64,000 nt of DNA, taken from Syntrophorhabdales bacterium (lineage in GTDB: Bacteria > Desulfobacterota > Syntrophorhabdia > Syntrophorhabdales > WCHB1-27). Shown one piece after another: positions 46,117 to 53,660 of the stretch. How positions within the stretch are numbered: position 1 is the stretch's first letter; the number at the start of each line of letters is the position of its first letter. A model generated the notes under the pieces. It saw only the letters and a program-made list of their open reading frames with translations. It did no database searches and was not told the origin of the DNA. Position numbers and translations under genes: made by a program. The stretch covers positions 10,701-74,700 of the forward strand of contig DATKNH010000123.1 of NCBI GenBank assembly GCA_035541455.1, given 5' to 3'.

Positions 46117-47236
46117 TGTGTCTGATTACCTCCATAAATTGATCAATGTCGTCTGCGCGGGTGAAATATCCAGGCGAAACGCGCACCGTGCCTTGAGGAA
46201 AAGTGCCGATGGTCCGGTGGGCAACAGGCGCGCAGTGCAGGCCCACTCTTACGCATATGCCCGCGCGGCTGCACGCAGAGCCGATATCTGAAGGGCTCAC
46301 CCCGTCCAGATTCATAGAGACGATGGGGAGACTCTCCTCCTTACCAGGATCACCGTAGAGAATGGCGCGCTCCAGCGCGGAGAGTTGTTCTACGAGATAG
46401 CGGCGTACTCTTTTCTTTTTTTCCATAAAGGTATTGAACCCTATTTTTTCAATGAATGTCAGGCCGCCGAGAAGTGCAGCGATGCCCGGCGTGTTTGGTG
46501 TTCCACACTCGTATTTGTCGGGCATGAATTCGGGCTGGCTTGTAAATTCGGATCTGCTTCCCGTGCCGCCGTATTTGATCGGCTGTAGTTCGATCCCCTT
46601 GCGCATGTACAGGGCGCCCACTCCCTGAACTCCTAACAAGGACTTGTGGCACGAGAAACAGATGATGTCTATTCCCTGGGCATCGACGTCAATAGCCATA
46701 TTCCCTACAGTCTGGCAGGCATCGACGATGAGGACACGTTTGCCTATCACCTTTCGGATCTCGCTGATGGGTTGAACCGAGCCGATAATATTCGATCCGT
46801 GATTGATGATAACAGCCCTGGTGTTTTTATGGAGCGAGTTCTTGAGTAGCTGAAGGTCTAACTGGCCATCCAGGGAACAGTTCACAACAGAGACTGCCAC
46901 GTGCTGCTTTTTCTGTAAGAAATCGAGAGGTCTCATGACGGAGTTATGCTCGAGCGATGTGGTGATGACGTGGTCGTGCGGAGCAACGAGGCCAAGTATC
47001 GCCAGGTTGAGAGATTCTGTTCCGTTGCTGGTGAAGACGAGTCTCTCCGCGTCTTTTCCATTGATCAACGCTGCAAGTTTTTCCCGCGCTTGAAAAATGA
47101 TTCGCGCTGCCTCTATGGAGAGCGGGTGACCGCTCCTGCCCGGGTTTCCCCCGATATCGTTCACAAAATGGACGAGAGACTGGAGAGTTTCAGGTGGCTT
47201 CGGATATGACGTTGCTGCGTTGTCCAGATAAATCAT
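46103..47236 (-). CDS. Class V aminotransferase-fold cysteine desulfurase / selenocysteine lyase-like enzyme
   Basis: Contains the PLP lysine motif FSCHKSLLG and the active-site cysteine in VRVGLHCAP. Confidence 0.85.
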   Translation of the reverse strand: MIYLDNAATSYPKPPETLQSLVHFVNDIGGNPGRSGHPLSIEAARIIFQAREKLAALINGKDAERLVFTSNGTESLNLAILGLVAPHDHVITTSLEHNSVMRPLDFLQKKQHVAVSVVNCSLDGQLDLQLLKNSLHKNTRAVIINHGSNIIGSVQPISEIRKVIGKRVLIVDACQTVGNMAIDVDAQGIDIICFSCHKSLLGVQGVGALYMRKGIELQPIKYGGTGSRSEFTSQPEFMPDKYECGTPNTPGIAALLGGLTFIEKIGFNTFMEKKKRVRRYLVEQLSALERAILYGDPGKEESLPIVSMNLDGVSPSDIGSACSRAGICVRVGLHCAPVAHRTIGTFPQGTVRVSPGYFTRADDIDQFMEVIRHIAGN

Positions 47237-47245
47237 GAGCGATTT

Positions 47246-47325
47246 CAGACTTTAGACATCAGACTTAAGGACAGACTTCAGGCCTCGAACTTTAAACTTT
47301 AAACCTCAAACCTTAAACTTTAAAC
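47246..47325. repeat. Two heptamer arrays filling the yedF-desulfurase spacer
   Basis: On the plus strand: CAGACTT TAGACAT CAGACTT (aagga) CAGACTT at 47246-47278, then six contiguous 7-mers CTCGAAC TTTAAAC TTTAAAC CTCAAAC CTTAAAC TTTAAAC at 47284-47325. Confidence 0.9.
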
Positions 47326-47337
47326 GTCTCTTATTAT

Positions 47338-47919
47338 TCAAGGTCTTATTACGTTCGTAGCGGCGACCAGCGAGGAGACTATTTCATACATGTTCGTGAC
47401 CTTGCCTGCAACAAGCTTCTCCTTCAATCTGAAAAAATCGAGGCAGGTGCCGCACGACAGGACCTCGACGCCGAGGTGCTCAAGGTCGCCCAGCACACCC
47501 AGCACGTCAGATCCTTCTGTAGCGAGCTTGACCCCTGCATTGAGGAACACAAGTTTCCAGGGGCGGGGCTCGATCTCCTTGAGCGTGTGAAGAAAGGATT
47601 TCATAAGCACAGCGCCCAGCACCTCGTCGCCCCTTCCCACAGTTGCCCCATCAACGAGCACCAGGACCTTTCTTTCTGTCTGGACGGAAAGACCCTGACC
47701 ACCCCCCACCCTCGTTGCGCGGAGCAGGACTCCATCGTCCCGCTGCTGTTCGATGCTTACGCAGTATCCCTCCGATTCCAGGTAGCGCGTGACGTTTTCT
47801 CTTGGTGGCCCATTGTCCAGGAGTATCTTAAACTCTTCCACTTTCCCCGATTGAAGCAATCTCTTCGTTTCCAGCACGGGCTGGGGGCAGCTCATGCCCT
47901 TTAGGTCTATATATTCCAT
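47338..47919 (-). CDS. yedF: YedF-type protein (TusA/SirA-like domain fused to a DsrE-like domain)
   Basis: The N-terminal LKGMSCPQPVLETKRLL (CPxP motif) is followed by a DsrE-fold C-terminal half. Confidence 0.75.
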   Translation of the reverse strand: MEYIDLKGMSCPQPVLETKRLLQSGKVEEFKILLDNGPPRENVTRYLESEGYCVSIEQQRDDGVLLRATRVGGGQGLSVQTERKVLVLVDGATVGRGDEVLGAVLMKSFLHTLKEIEPRPWKLVFLNAGVKLATEGSDVLGVLGDLEHLGVEVLSCGTCLDFFRLKEKLVAGKVTNMYEIVSSLVAATNVIRP

Positions 47920-47983
47920 ACGCGTATATTAGACCCTTACTGTTTGGTATGCAAATGAATTTTGGGAATGCATCAATGAGAAC

Positions 47984-48751
47984 TTATAGAATTGGCGACT
48001 CGACGATCTCCACCGTAAACTCTTTTGCCTTTTCAATGGTGTTGTCGAAGAAGATAACTGCAAAAGGGATCTGCTTCTTGCTTGCTGCTTGAAAGTTCTC
48101 TTCGCTGGACAGCTTAAAATCGTTGAGCTTTTTCTCGATTTCCAGTTTCTGCATGGCTCCGATCTTTTCCTTACTAAAGGAAAGGCCGGAAACAACGTCT
48201 TTTTCCGCGAGGACCTTGCCCTCTTTGTCAAAGAGCTTTGCCCTGAGTATCAAAAATTTGCGGCCTTTGGTTGACCCGTTGAACACGACACCCGAGACAA
48301 GAAAAACAGTCCCTTCCTTCGTGACGATCTCCTGACCTTCAAGGTTCCTGATTGAGAGCCACTTGTCGCTTGCTCCCATGGGGATGCCAAAAAACTCCGC
48401 ATAGTTCATCCAGCAGTAGTAAAAACCGGCGCCCATTGCCGCCACCACGAAGAGCACAATGACAAGGGCAATGAGGCCCTTACGCCTGCGCGGCGTATCG
48501 ATAGACCTGTCCTCTGCCTGGGGGACCTTAAAAGGAGCCCTGGTAGGAATCTCCGCTGGTTTTTGTCTCGGAGGCTGAACCTCTTGAGTCTCTTCCTTTG
48601 CGGCAGGAGGTGCCTGCTCAGGCTCGGGTTCTTCTTTTGTCAGCATAAAGGTGTGGGAACACTTGGAGCACTTCAGTTTCTGATAAGGCGACTTTATTGA
48701 ACCATCGGGAAGGTTGAATTTGCGCCCGCAGGAAGGACAGGTGACGATCAT
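47984..48751 (-). CDS. MJ0042-type zinc-ribbon membrane protein (DUF3426-like C-terminus)
   Basis: MIVTCPSCGRKFNLP...LKCSKCSHTF, a Pro/Glu-rich linker, one TM helix and a C-terminal domain. Confidence 0.65.
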   Translation of the reverse strand: MIVTCPSCGRKFNLPDGSIKSPYQKLKCSKCSHTFMLTKEEPEPEQAPPAAKEETQEVQPPRQKPAEIPTRAPFKVPQAEDRSIDTPRRRKGLIALVIVLFVVAAMGAGFYYCWMNYAEFFGIPMGASDKWLSIRNLEGQEIVTKEGTVFLVSGVVFNGSTKGRKFLILRAKLFDKEGKVLAEKDVVSGLSFSKEKIGAMQKLEIEKKLNDFKLSSEENFQAASKKQIPFAVIFFDNTIEKAKEFTVEIVESPIL

Positions 48752-48772
48752 CTAGTGCCTCTCAAAAGGGAA

Positions 48773-48801
48773 GGGGAGTTCCATGTAATAAGGAACTCCC
48801 C
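48773..48801 (-). terminator. Hairpin after etfA
   Basis: A perfect 10-bp stem GGGGAGTTCC / GGAACTCCCC with a 9-nt loop, followed on the minus strand by TTCCCTTTTG. Confidence 0.6.
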
Positions 48802-48810
48802 TGCTCAAGC

Positions 48811-49812
48811 TTACTTACCCGCTTTCTGTTTGAATATTTCAATCAGCTTGGGCACAACCTGTTTGTAGTCTCCCACAACACCAAACGAGGCGATCTTAAA
48901 AATTGGCGCTTCTGCGTCCTTGTTGATAGCAACGATGCAGTCTGAGGTCCTCATGCCGGCCAGATGCTGAATGGCACCGGAGATACCGCACGCAATATAG
49001 ATCTTCGGTTTGACGGTCTTGCCCGTTTGCCCTACTTGATGTTCGTATGGGATCCAGCCTGAGTCAACTGCAGCACGCGATGCTCCCATTGCGCCGCCGA
49101 GAGCGTCTGCCAGTGCCTTGACCACGCTGAAGCCTTCGCTACCTCCTACACCGCGTCCACCGGAGACGATGATGTCAGCCTCCACGAGGTTAACAGAAGT
49201 CTCGGACTGCGCGAACTGCAGTACCTTGGTACGAATATCATCTTCAGCTATGGAAAAGGACTCTTTGACCACTTCAGCATTCTTTGAAGTGTCCAACTGA
49301 GGCATCGGAAAGACTTTTGGTCTCACTGTTGCCATCTGCGGTTTTGATTTGGTGTTCATGTACGTGGCCAGGAAGTTCCCGCCGAATGCTGCCCTTGTCA
49401 GTTTCACCGCCTTGCTGGCATCGTCGATTTGCAGGTTGATCGCATCAGACCCCAGGCCCACTTCGAGTTGACCGGCCAGTGCTGAGGAGAGATCCTGCCC
49501 CTGCGTGGTTGAACGGCACAGCAGAATGTCAGGCTTGAATTTGTTGACCAATGTTGCTGCAGCTTTTGCGAAGGCAGCCGGTCTGAAGGTCTTGAAGGAA
49601 GCACCGTCTATGGCATAAACGGTAGACGCGCCATAGTGGCCCGCAGTTTTTGCTATCTCGTCGGTGTTCTCGCCGATGACAAAGGCACATACCTTTGATC
49701 CCAGTGCGTCTGCAAGCGTTTTCCCCGCTCCCAGAAGCTCATAAGACATCGGGGTTGTCACGCCATCTTTATGCTCTATATATACCCATACATCTTTGTA
49801 TTCGTCAGCCAT
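48811..49812 (-). CDS. etfA: Electron transfer flavoprotein alpha subunit
   Basis: The C-terminal FAD-binding motifs are IVSGGRG, VGQTGK.V.P.IYIACGISGAIQH and INKD..APIF. Confidence 0.9.
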   Translation of the reverse strand: MADEYKDVWVYIEHKDGVTTPMSYELLGAGKTLADALGSKVCAFVIGENTDEIAKTAGHYGASTVYAIDGASFKTFRPAAFAKAAATLVNKFKPDILLCRSTTQGQDLSSALAGQLEVGLGSDAINLQIDDASKAVKLTRAAFGGNFLATYMNTKSKPQMATVRPKVFPMPQLDTSKNAEVVKESFSIAEDDIRTKVLQFAQSETSVNLVEADIIVSGGRGVGGSEGFSVVKALADALGGAMGASRAAVDSGWIPYEHQVGQTGKTVKPKIYIACGISGAIQHLAGMRTSDCIVAINKDAEAPIFKIASFGVVGDYKQVVPKLIEIFKQKAGK

Positions 49813-49826
49813 GATCTCACCCCTCC

Positions 49827-50624
49827 TTATTTAATTACTTTCAGGTCCAAGAGTTTGTCGACAAGGGTACTAGCCATTTCGTCTATCTCTCCCTTGAGCA
49901 TTTCTCCTGCCGATCTGGGAGGGGGCGTTGTCAGTTCAACCACTTTGCCGTGGGAACCTTCTGCACCGACCTTGTCCTTTGCCGCGCCGATAGCATCGCA
50001 ATCCCATGCGGGGATCTGCACCTTGGCTGCCTTTCTGATTCCCATCAGGTTGGGAAGCCTGGGCTCATTGATGCCTTTCAGTACCGATACCACTGCCGGA
50101 AGCTGGCCTTCCACTGTTTCAATGCCGCCTTCGATGCCGCGCTGAACCTTTATCTTCTTGTTGGCAGCATCGACCTCTTCAATCTTTCCGACAAATGTCA
50201 ACTGGCTGAAGCCGAGCCTTGTGGCGAGTTCGCCGCTCACGGAGCCGGTGTTTCCATCAGTCGCCTGTTTGCCGCAGAGCACGAGGTCTACCCCACCGAT
50301 CTTCTCAATGGCCTTCCCAAGTATGTATGATGTTGCAAGCGTGTCTGAACCTGCTATCGCAGCATCATTGACATGACAAACCTGATCCACGCCCAGTGCC
50401 AGGGCATTTCGCAGCACATCAACGGCCTTGTCCGGGCCCATGGTAAGCGCCACTATCTCGGCATCGTACTTCTCTTTCGTGAGGAGTGCTTCCTCCAGTG
50501 CAAACTCGTCAAAGGGGTTGGTGATTGAATCCATTCCCTCTCTCTTGAGCGTGCCCTTCGGGAGGTCCCACTTCACCTCGGCTTCCGTATCAGGAACCTG
50601 TTTTATGCACACTACTATCTTCAC
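49827..50624 (-). CDS. etfB: Electron transfer flavoprotein beta subunit
   Basis: MKIVVCIKQVPDT..., with the CGKQATDGNTG region. GTG start with RBS AAGGAGGG. Confidence 0.9.
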   Translation of the reverse strand: MKIVVCIKQVPDTEAEVKWDLPKGTLKREGMDSITNPFDEFALEEALLTKEKYDAEIVALTMGPDKAVDVLRNALALGVDQVCHVNDAAIAGSDTLATSYILGKAIEKIGGVDLVLCGKQATDGNTGSVSGELATRLGFSQLTFVGKIEEVDAANKKIKVQRGIEGGIETVEGQLPAVVSVLKGINEPRLPNLMGIRKAAKVQIPAWDCDAIGAAKDKVGAEGSHGKVVELTTPPPRSAGEMLKGEIDEMASTLVDKLLDLKVIK

Positions 50625-50677
50625 AGTGCCCTCCTTAAAATAATTTGTTATGCCAAGTTACCTTCATTTGCATACCT

Positions 50678-50750
50678 TCGTTGTCTCCTCGTCGTTCTCC
50701 TCGACGTACTGTAAAGTACGCCTGCGTCGTCTCCTCGGCTCCGCCTCGGT
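50678..50750. repeat. Purine-rich (sense-strand) stutter repeats in the crotonase-etfB spacer
   Basis: The sense strand carries CCGAGGCGGAGCCGAGGAGACGACG and CGTCGAGGAGAACGACGAGGAGACAACGAAGG, flanking a small GTAC hairpin. Confidence 0.75.
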
Positions 50751-50774
50751 CTGCTTTTGAATCTAACTTCGCAT

Positions 50775-51557
50775 TTATTCACCTTGAAAGGTCGGTGTTC
50801 TTTTTTCGAGAAAGGCCGTCATGCCTTCCTTCTGGTCCTGCGTCCCGAAACTCAACCCGAAGGTATTCGCTTCCAGCTCCAGCCCGGACTCGATATTAAG
50901 AGACAGGCTCTTATTTACGAGGTACTTGGCAAGACCTATCCCTATGGGGCCTGCAGCGAGCATTTTTGCCGCAAGCTCTCGCACTGCGGGCATAAGGTCA
51001 TCCGGAGCTGTTACTTTGTTCAAAAGGCCCATTTCAAAGCCTTCCCGCGCGGTGATGACTTTTCCGGTAAGCACCAGTTCTTTAGCCTTTGCAGCGCCGA
51101 TCAGGCGCGCAGTTCTCTGGGTTCCGCCGAATCCCGGAAAGATTCCCAGAGTCACTTCCGGAAAACCCAGTCGCGCCTTTTCGGAAGCATAGATGATATC
51201 ACAGGCGAGAGCGACTTCAAAGCCCCCACCCAAGGCGTAACCGTTCACCGCCGCTATCACCGGTTTTCTCATATTTTCGAGCGCGCCCAGTGCAGCATGG
51301 CCTTTGTGCGAGAAGGCGGTGGCCTGGACGGGCGTCATATCCTTCATTTCCTGGATATCTGCGCCGGCGACGAACGCCTTGTCTCCAGCGCCCGTAACGA
51401 TCACCACCCTGATCTCTTTTGCCTGCGCGACTGTCGTGGCCGCATCCTTAAGCTCGTCCAGCGTCGCAGAGTTGAGAGCATTCAAGGCCTTTAGCCTGTT
51501 AAATTTTATGGCCGCTATAGGTCCTTCCAGTTCGAGAATGATGTTCTCGTAAGGCAT
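50775..51557 (-). CDS. Enoyl-CoA hydratase (crotonase family)
   Basis: Contains GAGDKAFVAGADI and AVNGYALGGGFEVALACD. Confidence 0.9.
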   Translation of the reverse strand: MPYENIILELEGPIAAIKFNRLKALNALNSATLDELKDAATTVAQAKEIRVVIVTGAGDKAFVAGADIQEMKDMTPVQATAFSHKGHAALGALENMRKPVIAAVNGYALGGGFEVALACDIIYASEKARLGFPEVTLGIFPGFGGTQRTARLIGAAKAKELVLTGKVITAREGFEMGLLNKVTAPDDLMPAVRELAAKMLAAGPIGIGLAKYLVNKSLSLNIESGLELEANTFGLSFGTQDQKEGMTAFLEKRTPTFQGE

Positions 51558-51560
51558 TGA

Positions 51561-52844
51561 TTATGCCTCCCTTTCTATAATCATGGCCATGCCCTGTCCG
51601 CCGCCGATGCACATGGTTGCAAGGCCATATTTCAAGCCAAGCCGCCGCATCTGATAGCAGAGCGTTGTCACGAGACGGGCACCGGTACAGCCGATAGGAT
51701 GGCCAATCGAGATGCCGCCGCCATGCATGTTTGTCTTTGCCACGTCCATATTCAATTCTCTGATGTTGGAAATGGCCTGTGAAGCGAAGGCTTCGTTCAA
51801 CTCAATCATGTCTATCTTATCAAGAGTAAGGTTGCCGTTTTTCAGTGCCTTCTTGACCGCGGGGACCGGTCCAAGACCCATGTAAGCAGGATCCACGCCG
51901 CCTGCAGCGTAGGAGACGATTCTGGCCATTGGCTTGAGGCCCAACTCTTTGGCTTTGTCCCGGGACATGACCACGACTGCTGCTGCGGCATCATTGATAC
52001 CTGATGCGTTGCCAGCAGTAACGGTTCCGTCTTTCTTGAAAGCGGTGCCCAGTTTTGCCATCTTCTCAGCCGACGTGTCCATCGGCCTCTCGTCGATTTC
52101 GAACACGACGGGATCGCCCTTTTTCTGAGGAATCACGACCGGGACAATCTCTTCCTTGAGAATGCCATCTTTGATGGCCTGTCGCGCTCTTCTATGGCTC
52201 TCAGCGCCGAACTTGTCCTGCTCTTCGCGGGAGATGCCGAACTTAACGGCGATATTCTCAGCTGTCAGACCCATATGGTACCCGTAAAAGATTTCCCATA
52301 CACCGTCTAACACCATCAGGTCTACAAGCTCAGTGTTAAACATGCGCGCTCCCCATCGTGCTGCTGGCAGAGAAAATGGCGCGAGACTCATGTTCTCCAT
52401 GCCGCCGGCCACGATGATCTCCGCATCCCCGGCCTTGATCGCCTGAGCCGCGGACACAATCGCGCGCAATCCGGAGGCGCAGACTTTGTTTACGGTGAAC
52501 GCGCTGGTCTCTTTAGGCACGCCGCCAAAAATGGAGGCCTGCCGCGCTGAGTTCTGACCCAATCCCGCCTGCAGAACATTGCCCATGATTACTTCGTCAA
52601 TCGCCACTTCCTTGAGCGAACTGTCAAAGTCGTAATACTTTGCTTCCAATTCCGTGTCCAGCTTGCCGCCAAAGATTGCCGGTGCGAACTCCTTATCTTT
52701 TGTTCGCAGGGGTCTCAGGCCCGCTCTCTTCAGAGCCTCTTTGATCACAAGACCGCCGAGCTTCACTACAGGGACATCTTTGAGACTCTGCCCAAAGGTG
52801 CCTACCGCTGTCCTAGCCGCTGAAACTATCACCACATCTTTCAT
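51561..52844 (-). CDS. Acetyl-CoA C-acetyltransferase (thiolase II) with an N-terminal-region insertion
   Basis: The active-site blocks NKVCASG, NEAFA and GGGISIGHPIGCTGAR are present. About 35 extra residues lie between LKRAGL and VIMGNVLQAG. Confidence 0.9.
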   Translation of the reverse strand: MKDVVIVSAARTAVGTFGQSLKDVPVVKLGGLVIKEALKRAGLRPLRTKDKEFAPAIFGGKLDTELEAKYYDFDSSLKEVAIDEVIMGNVLQAGLGQNSARQASIFGGVPKETSAFTVNKVCASGLRAIVSAAQAIKAGDAEIIVAGGMENMSLAPFSLPAARWGARMFNTELVDLMVLDGVWEIFYGYHMGLTAENIAVKFGISREEQDKFGAESHRRARQAIKDGILKEEIVPVVIPQKKGDPVVFEIDERPMDTSAEKMAKLGTAFKKDGTVTAGNASGINDAAAAVVVMSRDKAKELGLKPMARIVSYAAGGVDPAYMGLGPVPAVKKALKNGNLTLDKIDMIELNEAFASQAISNIRELNMDVAKTNMHGGGISIGHPIGCTGARLVTTLCYQMRRLGLKYGLATMCIGGGQGMAMIIEREA

Positions 52845-52888
52845 ATGTCGCTCCTTTTCCCCGTTATGAAAAAAAATTCACAAACAAG

Positions 52889-52918
52889 TTTTTATCGTAA
52901 TCGTGGTACCTTTGTCAA
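52889..52918 (-). promoter_or_regulatory. Putative promoter (TTGACA-18-TAAAAA) of the thiolase operon
   Basis: Read on the minus strand. The RBS AAGGAG precedes the ATG at 52844. Confidence 0.4.
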
Positions 52919-52982
52919 CCATTTTGTCTGCATTTCCAGGCTGTTCGATAGCCTGCACAAGGTTTTCACCTGGCTATCAGGA

Positions 52983-53474
52983 TCAGCCGAACGTATCCAT
53001 GACCCATTCTCTGATTTCGTCCCTTAATTTGCGGAAGGATTCAGTGGTCTCGTCGCAGGCCGGTCCCAGGACCGGCTCCCGGAAATGGGTGTGAAGTATT
53101 CTGGCCCCTACGGGGAAAAAGGGGAAAAACCGGCAGCACCCCTGGCAACCATCACAATGGAGAAGACCTCGTACCCTGTTCAAAAAAGGACAGTGATCCG
53201 GAGGGCTTCCGCACACCAGAGCCACAAGGTCAAACTTTGTCCCGATAAACTCTTCAACGTTCTTTGAGCGCTGTTTTGAAATGTCAATGCCGATTTCCGC
53301 CATGACCAGTCTCACTGCGGGATGAATCTCTGCGGCCATTATGCCCGCACTGTGGGCCTCGTATCCCTCGGGGAAAAACCGGCTGAGGAATGCCTCGGCC
53401 ATCTGCGAACAGACAGAATTGCAGCGGCAGTAGAAGAGGACCTTCTGTTTCTTAGAGGGCGATTTCCCGGTCAT
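52983..53474 (-). CDS. ArsC/LMW-PTP-fold protein with an altered P-loop and a Cys-rich insertion
   Basis: VLFYCRCNSVCSQMAEAF aligns to the CX5R(S/T) loop, but the Arg position is Cys. The extra segment HCDGCQGCCRFFPFFP precedes the conserved FR..RDEI end. Confidence 0.7.
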   Translation of the reverse strand: MTGKSPSKKQKVLFYCRCNSVCSQMAEAFLSRFFPEGYEAHSAGIMAAEIHPAVRLVMAEIGIDISKQRSKNVEEFIGTKFDLVALVCGSPPDHCPFLNRVRGLLHCDGCQGCCRFFPFFPVGARILHTHFREPVLGPACDETTESFRKLRDEIREWVMDTFG

Positions 53475-53484
53475 CTAAAAACCT

Positions 53485-53659
53485 GACGAAGCGAGGAAGC
53501 GACGAAGCGTTGAAGAAGGAAACGTGAAAACGAAAATCATGAACGACATACCGCGCGTCTCTCTTGCTCTCCCGCTTCCTCGCGTCTTCGCTTCCTCGCT
53601 TCATCGTTTTTGTCTCTCGTTCCTCCGCATCCTCGCTTCCTCGCGTCTTCGCTTCATCG
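53485..53659. repeat. Direct and inverted copies of a CGCTTCCTCGC/GAAGCGAGGAAGCG word set
   Basis: GACGAAGCGAGGAAGCGACGAAGCG lies at 53485-53509. Its reverse-complement-related direct repeats lie at 53573-53606 and 53634-53659. There is a 15-nt perfect complementary core. Confidence 0.85.
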
Positions 53660-53660
53660 C

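Noticed and set aside
47237-47337. Possible CRISPR-like array (also considered for 53475-53660 and 50625-50774)
   Set aside because: The units are 7-30 nt with no unique spacers of CRISPR size, there are at most 2-6 copies, no cas genes are nearby, and the repeats lie inside operon spacers.
53557-53657. Tiny basic peptide ORFs in the flxA-downstream spacer (for example MKRRREEARMRRNERQKR, starting 3 nt after the flxA stop)
   Set aside because: They are a direct consequence of translating the purine-rich repeat words, have no independent RBS, and the two copies are not in a conserved frame. Treated as non-coding.
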